In this document: piece by piece, positions 38,673 through 47,577 of the stretch
How positions within the stretch are numbered: the first letter of the stretch is position 1
Layout of the letters: each line of letters opens with the position of its first letter
DNA from: a virus
Taxonomy: Duplodnaviria > Caudoviricetes
DNA length: 50,978 bases
IMG/VR virus record: IMGVR_UViG_3300010401_000014
Location: 1 to 50,978 of that record
Strand: one strand, 5' to 3'
Program-made: the position numbers and the translations under genes
Notes under the pieces: generated by a model
Told to the model about the DNA's origin: nothing
The model's input: the letters and a program-made list of their open reading frames with translations, nothing else
The model's database searches: none

Positions 38673-38771
38673 ATGAATTACATCGTCGTAATTGGTAAAG
38701 ACGTTTACAAATTCAAAATGCGCTTCACTGCCGAGCTTTTTGCAAAGCATTTCGGTGCGAAGGTTTTTTAG
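38673..38771 (+). CDS. 32-aa mini-protein inside RNA cassette 5
   Basis: AAGGA RBS; MNYIVVIGKDVYKFKMRFTAELFAKHFGAKVF*. Confidence 0.55.
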   Translation: MNYIVVIGKDVYKFKMRFTAELFAKHFGAKVF

Positions 38772-38774
38772 TTT

Positions 38775-38945
38775 ATGAAAGAGTACACGAAGCATATGAA
38801 ACCTATCTGTACATGCGGTGAATACTGGCCGTGTAGCGACAGTGAAAGGAAAGATATTTCTGGTATTTTGCGCGCCAGTCATCATCTTGCATCATTTTGC
38901 AGAAAAGAAATACGAGTAACTACGATAGAAAGAAAGATTAAGTAA
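38775..38945 (+). CDS. 56-aa Cys-containing mini-protein inside RNA cassette 5
   Basis: MKEYTKHMKPICTCGEYWPC...ERKIK*; starts 3 nt after the previous stop and ends 7 nt before the closing strand. Confidence 0.5.
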   Translation: MKEYTKHMKPICTCGEYWPCSDSERKDISGILRASHHLASFCRKEIRVTTIERKIK

Positions 38946-39182
38946 GCAAACAGACGGCAGAAAAAAGTCTCAGAGAAAGAATCCATCTAGCAGGGAATCC
39001 GTAAACATATCCGGAATCCTGCAAGAAACCGCAAAAGCCGCTAAACAGAAAGACGTGCAAATGAAAAATACCGCACAATTTTCTCAGCGGATTCCTTGCT
39101 ATATGGATTCTAGAGTTTCAGCGGCCGAAAGCTAGCTGGAAAAATCCCGTCGAATAAACGTCGGGAAGCGAAAGGATGTATT

Positions 39183-39497
39183 ATGGCCCGTCCAAAGGCG
39201 CAAGTAGAGAATGACGATTTCGATGCAGACCCGGATGCCGCTGCCGATGCAGCCGAGGAAACGTCAGATGACAAGCGTTCGCCAGAAGAGAAGTTTACGG
39301 CTGCCGCAAATCGACGTTTCAAGGTTTGGGTAGTTCGCACTCGCGCCATTGCAAAGCTTCACAGTAAGACTTACGGTTATTCGACGGATCAGGCGGAAAA
39401 GCTACTTACTGCGATGCAATCAGAATTCGATAACATGGCGACTCTTCTCCGCACTCGACCTGAGCGAGACGACGCCGCAACGCCAGACCTGTTCTAA
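39183..39497 (+). CDS. Early hypothetical protein with GC-richer codon usage
   Basis: AAAGGA RBS; acidic N-terminus; flanked by hairpins. Confidence 0.75.
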   Translation: MARPKAQVENDDFDADPDAAADAAEETSDDKRSPEEKFTAAANRRFKVWVVRTRAIAKLHSKTYGYSTDQAEKLLTAMQSEFDNMATLLRTRPERDDAATPDLF

Positions 39498-39500
39498 AAA

Positions 39501-39563
39501 CAGCATGTAGATTTGGCACTCCGGTAGTCAAAGGATTATCGGAGTGTCGCTGTGTACATACTG
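39501..39563 (+). other. Long hairpin after the first early gene (processing/stability element)
   Basis: GGCACTCCGGTAGTC-AAAG-GATTATCGGAGTGTC; no U-tract. Confidence 0.6.
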
Positions 39564-39818
39564 GAAGGAATGCTAGAATGGAAATTCTAACTAGGCTAAT
39601 TAGAGGAGTTTTTTACAAAGTAGGAGTAGGATCAATCTGTTTATAGACTTTCAAGAGACGCACCTAATGCAAAATGATGAAAATATTTAAGACTATTTTT
39701 AATGCAATAGATTATTGCAGGTTATTTTTAATGTGGTTAATTCCTGGAAATTACCACGAAGATGCAGTATACTATTTATCTAGAAAATCGAATGAAAAAC
39801 TTAGAATGAGATGAATGA

Positions 39819-40073
39819 ATGAAATTTTTAATCGCTACAAAAGGCACAATAGAAGATTTACGTAAAGAGCTTCTAGAAAAAGATATTCAATTTAGCTTAG
39901 TAACTATACATAAGTCAGAAGATAACATTCTTTATTCTAACGTTGAATTTCATGATTCTAATATATTTAATATTTGGATGAATGAAACAACCGAAAATGA
40001 TATAATTCCTGAATATGGATATCCTAATGGTTCTCTAATTTGGTGGAGTACAATAAATGAAACAAAAGACTGA
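39819..40073 (+). CDS. Hypothetical early protein
   Basis: 84-aa ORF. Confidence 0.6.
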   Translation: MKFLIATKGTIEDLRKELLEKDIQFSLVTIHKSEDNILYSNVEFHDSNIFNIWMNETTENDIIPEYGYPNGSLIWWSTINETKD

Positions 40074-40176
40074 AAAAATTCCTGTTATATGTAATGAATG
40101 TAATAATAAATTCAAAACATCTAAACTAATTCCAGAATGTCCTAAATGCGGTGGAGTAGATATAGAACCGAGGTAG
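40057..40176 (+). CDS. 39-aa zinc-ribbon protein not in the ORF track
   Basis: MKQKTEKIPVICNEC...ECPKCGGVDIEPR*; GGAG upstream. Confidence 0.6.
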   Translation: MKQKTEKIPVICNECNNKFKTSKLIPECPKCGGVDIEPR

Positions 40177-40335
40177 AATTATGAAAAAAGACATTACTGA
40201 AAGAAATAGAAAGCTCATGAATGACCTGAAGGATCTTTTCGTAAAGCATGGACTAAATATTCTAGAAATAAAGTATGAATTCTTAGATGGTACAGAGCAT
40301 TTTAAGTCTTATAAAATATCAAGAGATTAAAACCA

Positions 40336-40563
40336 GTGGAAGCTAAAACAGAGAAGGTATTTGTTAAAGGTCCATTTTGGCCTAACAACTCATACATTGT
40401 AATTCGTAAGATTCAAAATGGAGATATTGAATCTAATATAAAAGTATATTCTAGAGAGACTAGAAAAAGAGCAGAAAAATCTGCTAGTGAATTATGCAAC
40501 CATCGTAATCTAGAATTTGGTGGATTCTTGAATGCTGAATTTATGGAAAAGGAACCGCGATAA
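40336..40563 (+). CDS. Hypothetical early protein
   Basis: 75-aa ORF. Confidence 0.55.
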   Translation: MEAKTEKVFVKGPFWPNNSYIVIRKIQNGDIESNIKVYSRETRKRAEKSASELCNHRNLEFGGFLNAEFMEKEPR

Positions 40564-40772
40564 TGAAAGAATTAAACAAGTTAGAATGTACAATTAGAGA
40601 ATTATTTGATTCTTATTTTCATTATAGAATGCACTCTGCATGCGGAGTCTTTGAGTCAATTAAGCGTACCGTTATATTTCAAATTTACGGACGCGAGAAG
40701 TGGGTAAAGTATCCAAATGATACAGAGTTAGACTGATATCACTAGTCACGAATGAGCCAAAAATGAGATAAT

Positions 40773-41012
40773 ATGGCAATACTTAAAAAGCGTAAATATA
40801 ATCCATCTAGGATTACAAATAAGATTTTAGCGGAATCAGACTTAATATTTACGCCAGTTAAACGTGGTGAAAATGAAATTATTGAAATACGTATTGTATC
40901 AAAAAGCTTAGATAAATTAACGCTAGATTATGATACTATATATATATTAGAAATTAATAGATCGGATATTGCTGATTTACTAATTTGTGAAAAAAGATTA
41001 GATACACTTTAA
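40773..41012 (+). CDS. Hypothetical early protein
   Basis: 79-aa ORF, stop overlaps a convergent gene. Confidence 0.55.
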   Translation: MAILKKRKYNPSRITNKILAESDLIFTPVKRGENEIIEIRIVSKSLDKLTLDYDTIYILEINRSDIADLLICEKRLDTL

Positions 41013-41977
41013 TCTAAGCAAAACATATAACTTGGCGTTGTTGCAAGTGGTGAATTATCTATATTCAACCAAACCGGAGGAACATCCGAATTAAGTAGAA
41101 TATGTGATAATTTATCAGTTTCAATAATTAATGCAGTTTCTCCATCACTAGATGGATCGCACGATTTTGCATATACCCCACTTGTATCTAAACTTGCATT
41201 ACCAATGATTTGCGTATAAACAGCATCTTGAGATAATTTTCCAATTTCTCTAGTTGCATTTGTTGAATTTGTATTTACGATTAATGAATCTGTAGATCCT
41301 GGAATAGTACTTCCTTGAATGTAATTCAACCATGAACCATCAGATGGATCGTTTGGTAAAAAATCATTACTAGGAACGAATTCAGATTGAAATGCTCCAA
41401 CCTTAATATATCCAGATTCTCCAGGATCTCCATAAACAGGGATGATTCCAATATCTCCACAAGATAAAACAGAACCACTTGAAGATCCTAATAATGGACT
41501 ACTAAGGTTTTCTAATGCAGCAGGAGATATCTCTTCTGGACCTATAGACGTTAATTGGTATAAAGCATAATAATCTTCTGAACGCTTATAAGCAGTAAAA
41601 TAACATTTCCCGTTCTTACCGTCACTATTCATTAATCTAGTAAAAGCTCCATTTGTAACAGCATCGAATGCTCCATATAATATGTCATTATCAAAATCAT
41701 AAACTACTGTTTTTCCATTGCTTCTATTGAATCCTATTACAAGTGGCGAAAGCGATAATACTTGACATGAAACAATTGTACCAGTTAATATACCCGAATA
41801 ATCTTTTGATCCTATAAAAGAATCATAAGTACCACCTATATATTTGTGTAGGTAAATAATGTTAGTATCAAATGTAACTCCTAAATATGGTCTATTGACT
41901 ATGCTAGGAGTATCGTCACCTTTTGTAACTTCCAACACTTGTGAAATAACTTTTGCTTTTCCAATTCCTAATGCCAT
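41009..41977 (-). CDS. Beta-rich (propeller-like) protein, inverted relative to its neighbours
   Basis: 322 aa, GGAG RBS, Ser/Gly/Asp-rich. Confidence 0.7.
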   Translation of the reverse strand: MALGIGKAKVISQVLEVTKGDDTPSIVNRPYLGVTFDTNIIYLHKYIGGTYDSFIGSKDYSGILTGTIVSCQVLSLSPLVIGFNRSNGKTVVYDFDNDILYGAFDAVTNGAFTRLMNSDGKNGKCYFTAYKRSEDYYALYQLTSIGPEEISPAALENLSSPLLGSSSGSVLSCGDIGIIPVYGDPGESGYIKVGAFQSEFVPSNDFLPNDPSDGSWLNYIQGSTIPGSTDSLIVNTNSTNATREIGKLSQDAVYTQIIGNASLDTSGVYAKSCDPSSDGETALIIETDKLSHILLNSDVPPVWLNIDNSPLATTPSYMFCLD

Positions 41978-42278
41978 TTAATTGCTCCATTCTAGCTGGT
42001 TAACTAACAATGAAAACAAACCATAAAAAAGAGGCTTTGTAGATCCTGGATCGTTTAGAGATAGAACATTCGACTTGCCAATTGGTAATGACTTTTGTTG
42101 TGGAAAACATGGACATTCTAGAGCTGTTCATGGTTTTAAAAAATCAATCAGGACTCATAATAGGAGGATTGGAAAAAAGATTGAATATAACGAATTACGA
42201 GATAATGAATATATCATTCAAAAAAAGTCATTTAAAGTTAGACTTCATAGATGTAGAAAATAGCACATTTTGCTGCCG

Positions 42279-42308
42279 TTGACAAGGTGATAGCACCTAT
42301 GATATCAT
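42279..42308 (+). promoter_or_regulatory. Sigma70 promoter with palindromic spacer
   Basis: TTGACA-18-TATCAT with extended TG; AGGTG-ATAG-CACCT at 42285-42298. Confidence 0.75.
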
Positions 42309-42348
42309 CCCTGTGTAACTTGATGAATTATTTAAAGGAATAAATCTC

Positions 42349-42726
42349 ATGGCGCAACCTGTAAGGAAAACGCAAAGCCGTAGGTCTAATGTAATCAATC
42401 AGTTTCTACTAGAACAATTCTATAAGACTAATAAGAAGATAGTATCTCTAAAACAAGAGATCGAACAAAAGACTCTTGTACTACAAGATGAGCTACTGTA
42501 TGAAGTGCAGCAATTGGAAAGCTTACAAGAAGAAATTCTTGAAAAGCGTAGAAACGGCTGTAAAGTAGAAGATGGACGTAGAATTCTCAATATTAAAGTA
42601 ACTAAAGGTCGCAGGGTTCCTAAGTATAAGGAAATTCTTATTAGTGTGACAAGCGAAGCATACGTTGAAGAGATTATCGAAAATACCATCCCTACTCCTG
42701 ATAAAGAATCTGTAGAGGTACTGTAA
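42349..42726 (+). CDS. Hypothetical coiled-coil protein
   Basis: AAGGA RBS, first gene after promoter. Confidence 0.7.
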   Translation: MAQPVRKTQSRRSNVINQFLLEQFYKTNKKIVSLKQEIEQKTLVLQDELLYEVQQLESLQEEILEKRRNGCKVEDGRRILNIKVTKGRRVPKYKEILISVTSEAYVEEIIENTIPTPDKESVEVL

Positions 42727-43022
42727 AAATGTCATTAGAAGTAATCGTAAATAAAAGAAATAGAATATTAAGGTACGCAAGAAAGCATTTTGCATATTCA
42801 GGAATACAGAGACTTGCTTTTCTAAAAAAGAAGCTTAGGAAACTAAATTATTCATCTTCTCGTATTAAAACTTTATGGATAAATTTTACATAACGTGATG
42901 TAATGAAACTATCTCAACTTTGTAAAGAACAAAGATTAGAGAGTGTAAATTTGAAGAAGGCGAAATAGATTTTTTTATTCGTAGGTACTTATTCTCCATT
43001 CGGAGTTTCTTTTGGTTTATAA

Positions 43023-43427
43023 ATGTCTAAATATTACTTGCAACCACTACTAGAAGAAAAAGAAAAAGAAAGAGATAAAATTAGAATTGAACATAGAGAA
43101 CAGATTAAAGTATTACAAGAAATAGAAAAAGATTTATGTAAGGTTGAAAGAGAAATTGAAGCATTGAAGTTTTATTTAGAAGGAAAAGAATTTCAATCTG
43201 AACAGTTAAACAATAATCATTCTAAACTGGTAAATATTCTAGATATCATTAAAAGCAGACCCGAAGGAATAACATCTAGAGAACTAACAGAATTGACAGG
43301 TAAAACATACAATAGTATTCAGGGTACTCTAGATTATCATACTAAAAAGAAAAGATTAATTAGAGAGGGTCCATTTGTTGGTAAGGTTAAATATAGGTAT
43401 AAATATAATGAAATCGCTGACAAATAG
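43023..43427 (+). CDS. Coiled-coil plus winged-helix protein
   Basis: ILDIIKSRPEGITSRELTELTG..SIQGTL. Confidence 0.65.
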   Translation: MSKYYLQPLLEEKEKERDKIRIEHREQIKVLQEIEKDLCKVEREIEALKFYLEGKEFQSEQLNNNHSKLVNILDIIKSRPEGITSRELTELTGKTYNSIQGTLDYHTKKKRLIREGPFVGKVKYRYKYNEIADK

Positions 43428-43624
43428 AGAGTTTGAAGTAGACAGAATAAGTAAAGAAATTGAGAAAGTAGCTCAATGGCTTTATAGCTAATCTTTGAAA
43501 AATATAAATCTTCAACCTCTTACACTTGAAAGAAGGCTTAAAGAAATTATTAAATTTTGCAAGCAATTGCAACTTACTGATGAAGATATTATAGCTTTAC
43601 AAATGCAAGGTAGAGGAAATAGAA

Positions 43625-43984
43625 ATGGATAACACTGATAAAGTGCAAGTAACAGTGGCTTTATTTAGTTGGGTTGTTAAGTGGGAAAGAAAAAAAGAAT
43701 ACGTATTTACTAAAGATGAAATAGAATTTACACACGGTAAAAGTAAAATCAATTTCTTCACTAATAGATTCAAGAAACAACTGCTAGATGAATTCTTTTC
43801 TGATAAACTTGAAAAGCTAGAAAATAGTGGGTTTGTACTAAATATTTCTTTTACCACCAAACAATATCCAAATCTAAATAATTTCGTTTTAGAAGTAAAA
43901 TGCACCGTTAGCGTTCTTGGAATGGAAGATATAAATGAAAGCAAATTTGCATACGTTGATTTCAAGAATGAGGAACAAGTCTAA
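43625..43984 (+). CDS. Hypothetical protein
   Basis: GAGGA RBS, 119 aa. Confidence 0.6.
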   Translation: MDNTDKVQVTVALFSWVVKWERKKEYVFTKDEIEFTHGKSKINFFTNRFKKQLLDEFFSDKLEKLENSGFVLNISFTTKQYPNLNNFVLEVKCTVSVLGMEDINESKFAYVDFKNEEQV

Positions 43985-44243
43985 ATCTATTCCTTGTAGG
44001 TATAGAATAGTTGCAGTAGGTATAGATGTAAATGGAGTTATCATTGACATTACTGGAAATTCGCATCGACTTGAACAGCGCAGTTGGCATGCAGAAGAAA
44101 AGCTTATCCATAGAAACCCGCGGTCACTTAAAAGAATTCTTATCGCACGATTCAATAAGACTGGTCAACTTCTACCTATTGCAGCTTGTAACCATTGTTC
44201 AAAGCTCGCAAAAAATCGCGGTATAACTATTGAGGCTTATTGA
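43935..44243 (+). CDS. Zinc-dependent cytidine-deaminase-fold protein
   Basis: HAE motif (WHAEEKL) and ACNHC (PCxxC variant). Confidence 0.75.
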   Translation: MKANLHTLISRMRNKSKSIPCRYRIVAVGIDVNGVIIDITGNSHRLEQRSWHAEEKLIHRNPRSLKRILIARFNKTGQLLPIAACNHCSKLAKNRGITIEAY

Positions 44244-44245
44244 AA

Positions 44246-44419
44246 ATGAAAATATCAGAATTAATGAATAAGTTATTAGATTTGAGGCGAAATTATGGAG
44301 ATTTGCTAGTTACCGTTTTAGACTTAAATGATAATGAATTTGATTTCAATGTTGAGTATTTTACTGGAAATGAAGATCCTCAAGTAATTTTAGCTATTGT
44401 TGAAAGTGAAGAAGAATGA
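44246..44419 (+). CDS. 57-aa protein, paralogue of 44622-44819
   Basis: MKISELMNKLLDLRRNYGDLLV vs MKISELIKNLEKVKKDVGDLEV. Confidence 0.6.
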   Translation: MKISELMNKLLDLRRNYGDLLVTVLDLNDNEFDFNVEYFTGNEDPQVILAIVESEEE

Positions 44420-44604
44420 TTCGCGAACCTTTACTTAACGGTAAAAAGACTTGCAATAAATGTCACAAATCTAAACCATATATATCATTTTCTGTGTCTA
44501 AACATCATAAAGATGGATTAAGTAATACTTGTAGAGAATGTGATTCATCAAATCCAAATAGGAAAAAGAGAAAGAAAAAGCCTCATTTTATTAGTGAGTT
44601 TTAA
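44416..44604 (+). CDS. Zinc-finger protein (HNH/EndoVII N-terminal type)
   Basis: CNKC..K....F......KDGLSNTCREC. Confidence 0.6.
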   Translation: MIREPLLNGKKTCNKCHKSKPYISFSVSKHHKDGLSNTCRECDSSNPNRKKRKKKPHFISEF

Positions 44605-44621
44605 CTGTATTTAGGTGAACC

Positions 44622-44819
44622 ATGAAAATATCTGAACTAATTAAAAATCTAGAAAAAGTTAAAAAAGACGTTGGCGATCTAGAAGTTTATGGCATGGATG
44701 AAATTTGGGACGAAGATTGTAAAAAGATATCTATCACATATAATGAAGAAGATAAAGGTAGAGTTGATATAAGTTTTGTAAAATTGATGGATAAGGATTT
44801 TTCATTTGAAAAGTTTTAG
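44622..44819 (+). CDS. Hypothetical protein
   Basis: AGGTG RBS; paralogue upstream. Confidence 0.6.
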   Translation: MKISELIKNLEKVKKDVGDLEVYGMDEIWDEDCKKISITYNEEDKGRVDISFVKLMDKDFSFEKF

Positions 44820-44822
44820 ATA

Positions 44823-46484
44823 ATGCAACTGCGCTACTACCAAAAAGAAGCCAAGGATTCTATTCTTGATGAATTGATTTATCAAGATAGACATTCTACG
44901 CTTCTTGTTATGGCAACTGCTAGCGGTAAAACCATAACATTTTCACATGTCATTAACGAATTCATTAAAGCTGGAAAACGTGTATTAGTTTTAGCTCATA
45001 GAGACGAATTAATTCAACAAGCTCATGATAAAATTTGCGATGTAACTGGACTAAATTTTGAGGTATCAATTGAGAAAGCAAACGAACACGCTAATTTGTT
45101 TTCTAGGATTGTTATTGCGTCTGTTCAGTCACTTAAAGGTGAACGTCTAAGATTCTGGCGTAGAGAACATTTCTCATTAATCGTAATTGACGAAGCGCAT
45201 CATACTGTAGCAGATGGTTATTTAAAGATTATTGCTCATTTTGATAAAGCTAAAGTATTAGGAGTTACAGCAACACCAAAACGACTAGATAAAAAAGGAT
45301 TGGGACAAATCTACGATAGCATTGCATATGTTTATACATTGCAACAAGGTATTAAAGATGGCTTTTTATCTCCTATCATAAGAAAACAAATTATTGTTGA
45401 ACATTTGGATCTATCTAAAGTTAGAAGAGTTAGAGGAGATTTTGTTGAGTCTGACTTAGAAAAACAGCTAGTACAAAAACCAACATTATACGAAGTTGCT
45501 AAACCTACTATTGAGCTAAGCGAAAATAGACCTTCTTTAGTTTTCTGTGTTACAGTAGATCATGCTAAGCAATTGTGTGAAGTATTAAATACGATCAAAC
45601 CTAACTCATCGGACTATTTATATGCAAAAGACACTCCGCAACGTAGAAAGATGGTTTTGGAAAGGTTTAGGAAGTTTGAAATTCAGTATCTTGTTAACTG
45701 TTTATTATTTACCGAAGGTGTTGATTTACCTTTTGTTCAGTGTATTGTCTGTGCTCGTCCTACGCAATCGGAATCAATGTATTCCCAGTTTATTGGAAGA
45801 GGCTTACGAATTTGCGAAGGAAAAGAGAATTGTCTGATTCTAGACTTTACAGATAACAGTGATAAATATAACCTTGCTACTTCTGAGAATCTATTAGGAG
45901 AAGAAGATGAAGAAGAAGTAAAGATTAGAGAACAAGTATTCATTCCTAAAGAAGAAGAAATACAAGTACCTGAAAACGGCGAGCCAAAAGAAAATATAAA
46001 TGATGATCTAGAAAAAGAAAAACAACGAGCGCTAACTCAAGAAAGAGTTAACTTTAAAATAAAGCAAGTCGATCCATTTGGTATTATTGGAATATACATT
46101 AAACATCCAAAACTAGGAGGAATACCACCAACACAAAAACAAAAAGACTACATAGAAAAGCATGGTTTATGGAGAGATGATTTAACTAGACGGCAAGCTT
46201 CGATGATTTGCCAAAAGATTTCAGAACGTATTAAGCAAGGTTATTGCAGTCCAGGACAAGCTAGAATATTGGCTCAGTTTGGTTTCAATCCTAATTATTC
46301 AAGAGATCAGGCTAACGTAATCATTATTGAGTTAAAGAATAATCATTGGCATTTAACTAAGGAATTAGAGAAACAAAAATCATGGGATCTAACAACGAAC
46401 AAAGTACAGAACAAATTAGGCAAGAATCTATCACAGACGACAAAACGCCTAATCGAAACTGGAAATATAGGCAAACTGAAATAA
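44823..46484 (+). CDS. Superfamily 2 DNA helicase (RadD/ResIII-like)
   Basis: LRYYQ, ATASGKT, DEAHH, GVTATP, TEGVD.P, QFIGRGLR. Confidence 0.92.
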   Translation: MQLRYYQKEAKDSILDELIYQDRHSTLLVMATASGKTITFSHVINEFIKAGKRVLVLAHRDELIQQAHDKICDVTGLNFEVSIEKANEHANLFSRIVIASVQSLKGERLRFWRREHFSLIVIDEAHHTVADGYLKIIAHFDKAKVLGVTATPKRLDKKGLGQIYDSIAYVYTLQQGIKDGFLSPIIRKQIIVEHLDLSKVRRVRGDFVESDLEKQLVQKPTLYEVAKPTIELSENRPSLVFCVTVDHAKQLCEVLNTIKPNSSDYLYAKDTPQRRKMVLERFRKFEIQYLVNCLLFTEGVDLPFVQCIVCARPTQSESMYSQFIGRGLRICEGKENCLILDFTDNSDKYNLATSENLLGEEDEEEVKIREQVFIPKEEEIQVPENGEPKENINDDLEKEKQRALTQERVNFKIKQVDPFGIIGIYIKHPKLGGIPPTQKQKDYIEKHGLWRDDLTRRQASMICQKISERIKQGYCSPGQARILAQFGFNPNYSRDQANVIIIELKNNHWHLTKELEKQKSWDLTTNKVQNKLGKNLSQTTKRLIETGNIGKLK

Positions 46485-46744
46485 CAGTTGAAGGTTTTAC
46501 ATTCATTAATAATGAACATGGATATACACATTACTGGTACGATAGAAGAATTGAACTAGAACAGAAACCTTTCTTTATGAAAGGAATTTGGCATCCACCT
46601 ATTCTATTAGTTAAAGATATCAATTTATCAGTTGAAGATATTTTCATGTTTTCTCAATGTTTAGAGAATTCTTTTATCATAGCTCAATTGTTACAAAAGA
46701 GAACAGGAAAACAGATTGAGGAAAACAAAATCTTTAACGGCTGA
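46382..46744 (+). CDS. Hypothetical protein
   Basis: 120-aa ORF overlapping the helicase 3' end. Confidence 0.45.
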   Translation: MGSNNEQSTEQIRQESITDDKTPNRNWKYRQTEITVEGFTFINNEHGYTHYWYDRRIELEQKPFFMKGIWHPPILLVKDINLSVEDIFMFSQCLENSFIIAQLLQKRTGKQIEENKIFNG

Positions 46745-47114
46745 CTTTATTGGATGGAAAGGAGTTATTAAACTAGCCGAATTAAAGTTACCAAATAAAG
46801 ATAAATGTAATCTAAAATGTTGCGAAGGCATAGGAAGAAAAGTAAGAATTCAATTAGGAAAAGATTCTATATCTAAACGTGAAGGAATTGTTACTCACTT
46901 AAACACATCAAGAGCAATAATAGAGCTAAATAAGAAAGAAGGAGAGGTGTCAATAAATAAATTTCAATTAGGCGCATTGGAAATGTACAAAAATGATGTA
47001 GAAGAAAGAAAAATGAAAACTGATAATAGTGGTAACATGGATAGATTTAGACCTTCGATGCTAACCGACACACAAGAAACAATAAACGATGATTTCGATG
47101 AGGTAGAATTCTAA
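46716..47114 (+). CDS. Hypothetical protein
   Basis: 132 aa, acidic C-terminus. Confidence 0.5.
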   Translation: MRKTKSLTADFIGWKGVIKLAELKLPNKDKCNLKCCEGIGRKVRIQLGKDSISKREGIVTHLNTSRAIIELNKKEGEVSINKFQLGALEMYKNDVEERKMKTDNSGNMDRFRPSMLTDTQETINDDFDEVEF

Positions 47115-47130
47115 AAGGAGACCTTCAAAA

Positions 47131-47346
47131 ATGACAAAGATTGAAGTAAAATACGCTGGATACGATAAAGGTTGGGATATTTTTAGAGATGGGACTTACG
47201 TTCAATCAAGTATGGATAAATCCTCATGTATATGGCATGCTTTAAGAATATCAAAATCATATAAAGAATCTAACCTAATTGTACAAAATGAAAATGGTGC
47301 AATTGAGAGATCAATGAAATTTTTTAATGGAGAGCTATATGGCTAA
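47131..47346 (+). CDS. DUF2188-like protein
   Basis: GWDI...LIVQNENGAIE; AGGAG RBS. Confidence 0.55.
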   Translation: MTKIEVKYAGYDKGWDIFRDGTYVQSSMDKSSCIWHALRISKSYKESNLIVQNENGAIERSMKFFNGELYG

Positions 47347-47575
47347 AAGAGTAATAATTACAGTTAGATGGAATAAACAATTACAACTGTGGGATGTTCA
47401 TGTAGATAACATTTATAAATGGGATGAGACTAGAAAAAATTATGCAGTAGCAGAAGCTGTAGCAAGAGCAAAACAACAAGAAAAAGCTACATTAGTTATC
47501 TATAAAAAGAATGGTAGAATTCAAGAAGAAAGAACATATCCAAGAAAATCTGATCCAAGAAAGTCTAAAGGATAA
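47327..47575 (+). CDS. DUF2188-family protein
   Basis: AVAEAVARAK..TLVIYKKNGRIQEERTYP..DPRKSKG. Confidence 0.75.
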   Translation: MESYMAKRVIITVRWNKQLQLWDVHVDNIYKWDETRKNYAVAEAVARAKQQEKATLVIYKKNGRIQEERTYPRKSDPRKSKG

Positions 47576-47577
47576 TA

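Larger units (their letters stand above)
38031..39166 (+). ncRNA. Array of stem-closed structured RNA cassettes
   Basis: Six closing stems: 38031-38192, 38201-38341, 38361-38426, 38433-38623, 38628-38975, 38978-39111, plus two hairpins; the G-U pairs favour the + strand RNA. Confidence 0.75.

Noticed and set aside
38649-39349. Minus-strand ORFs 38649-38885 and 39110-39349
   Set aside because: Antisense shadows of better-supported plus-strand ORFs with RBSs.
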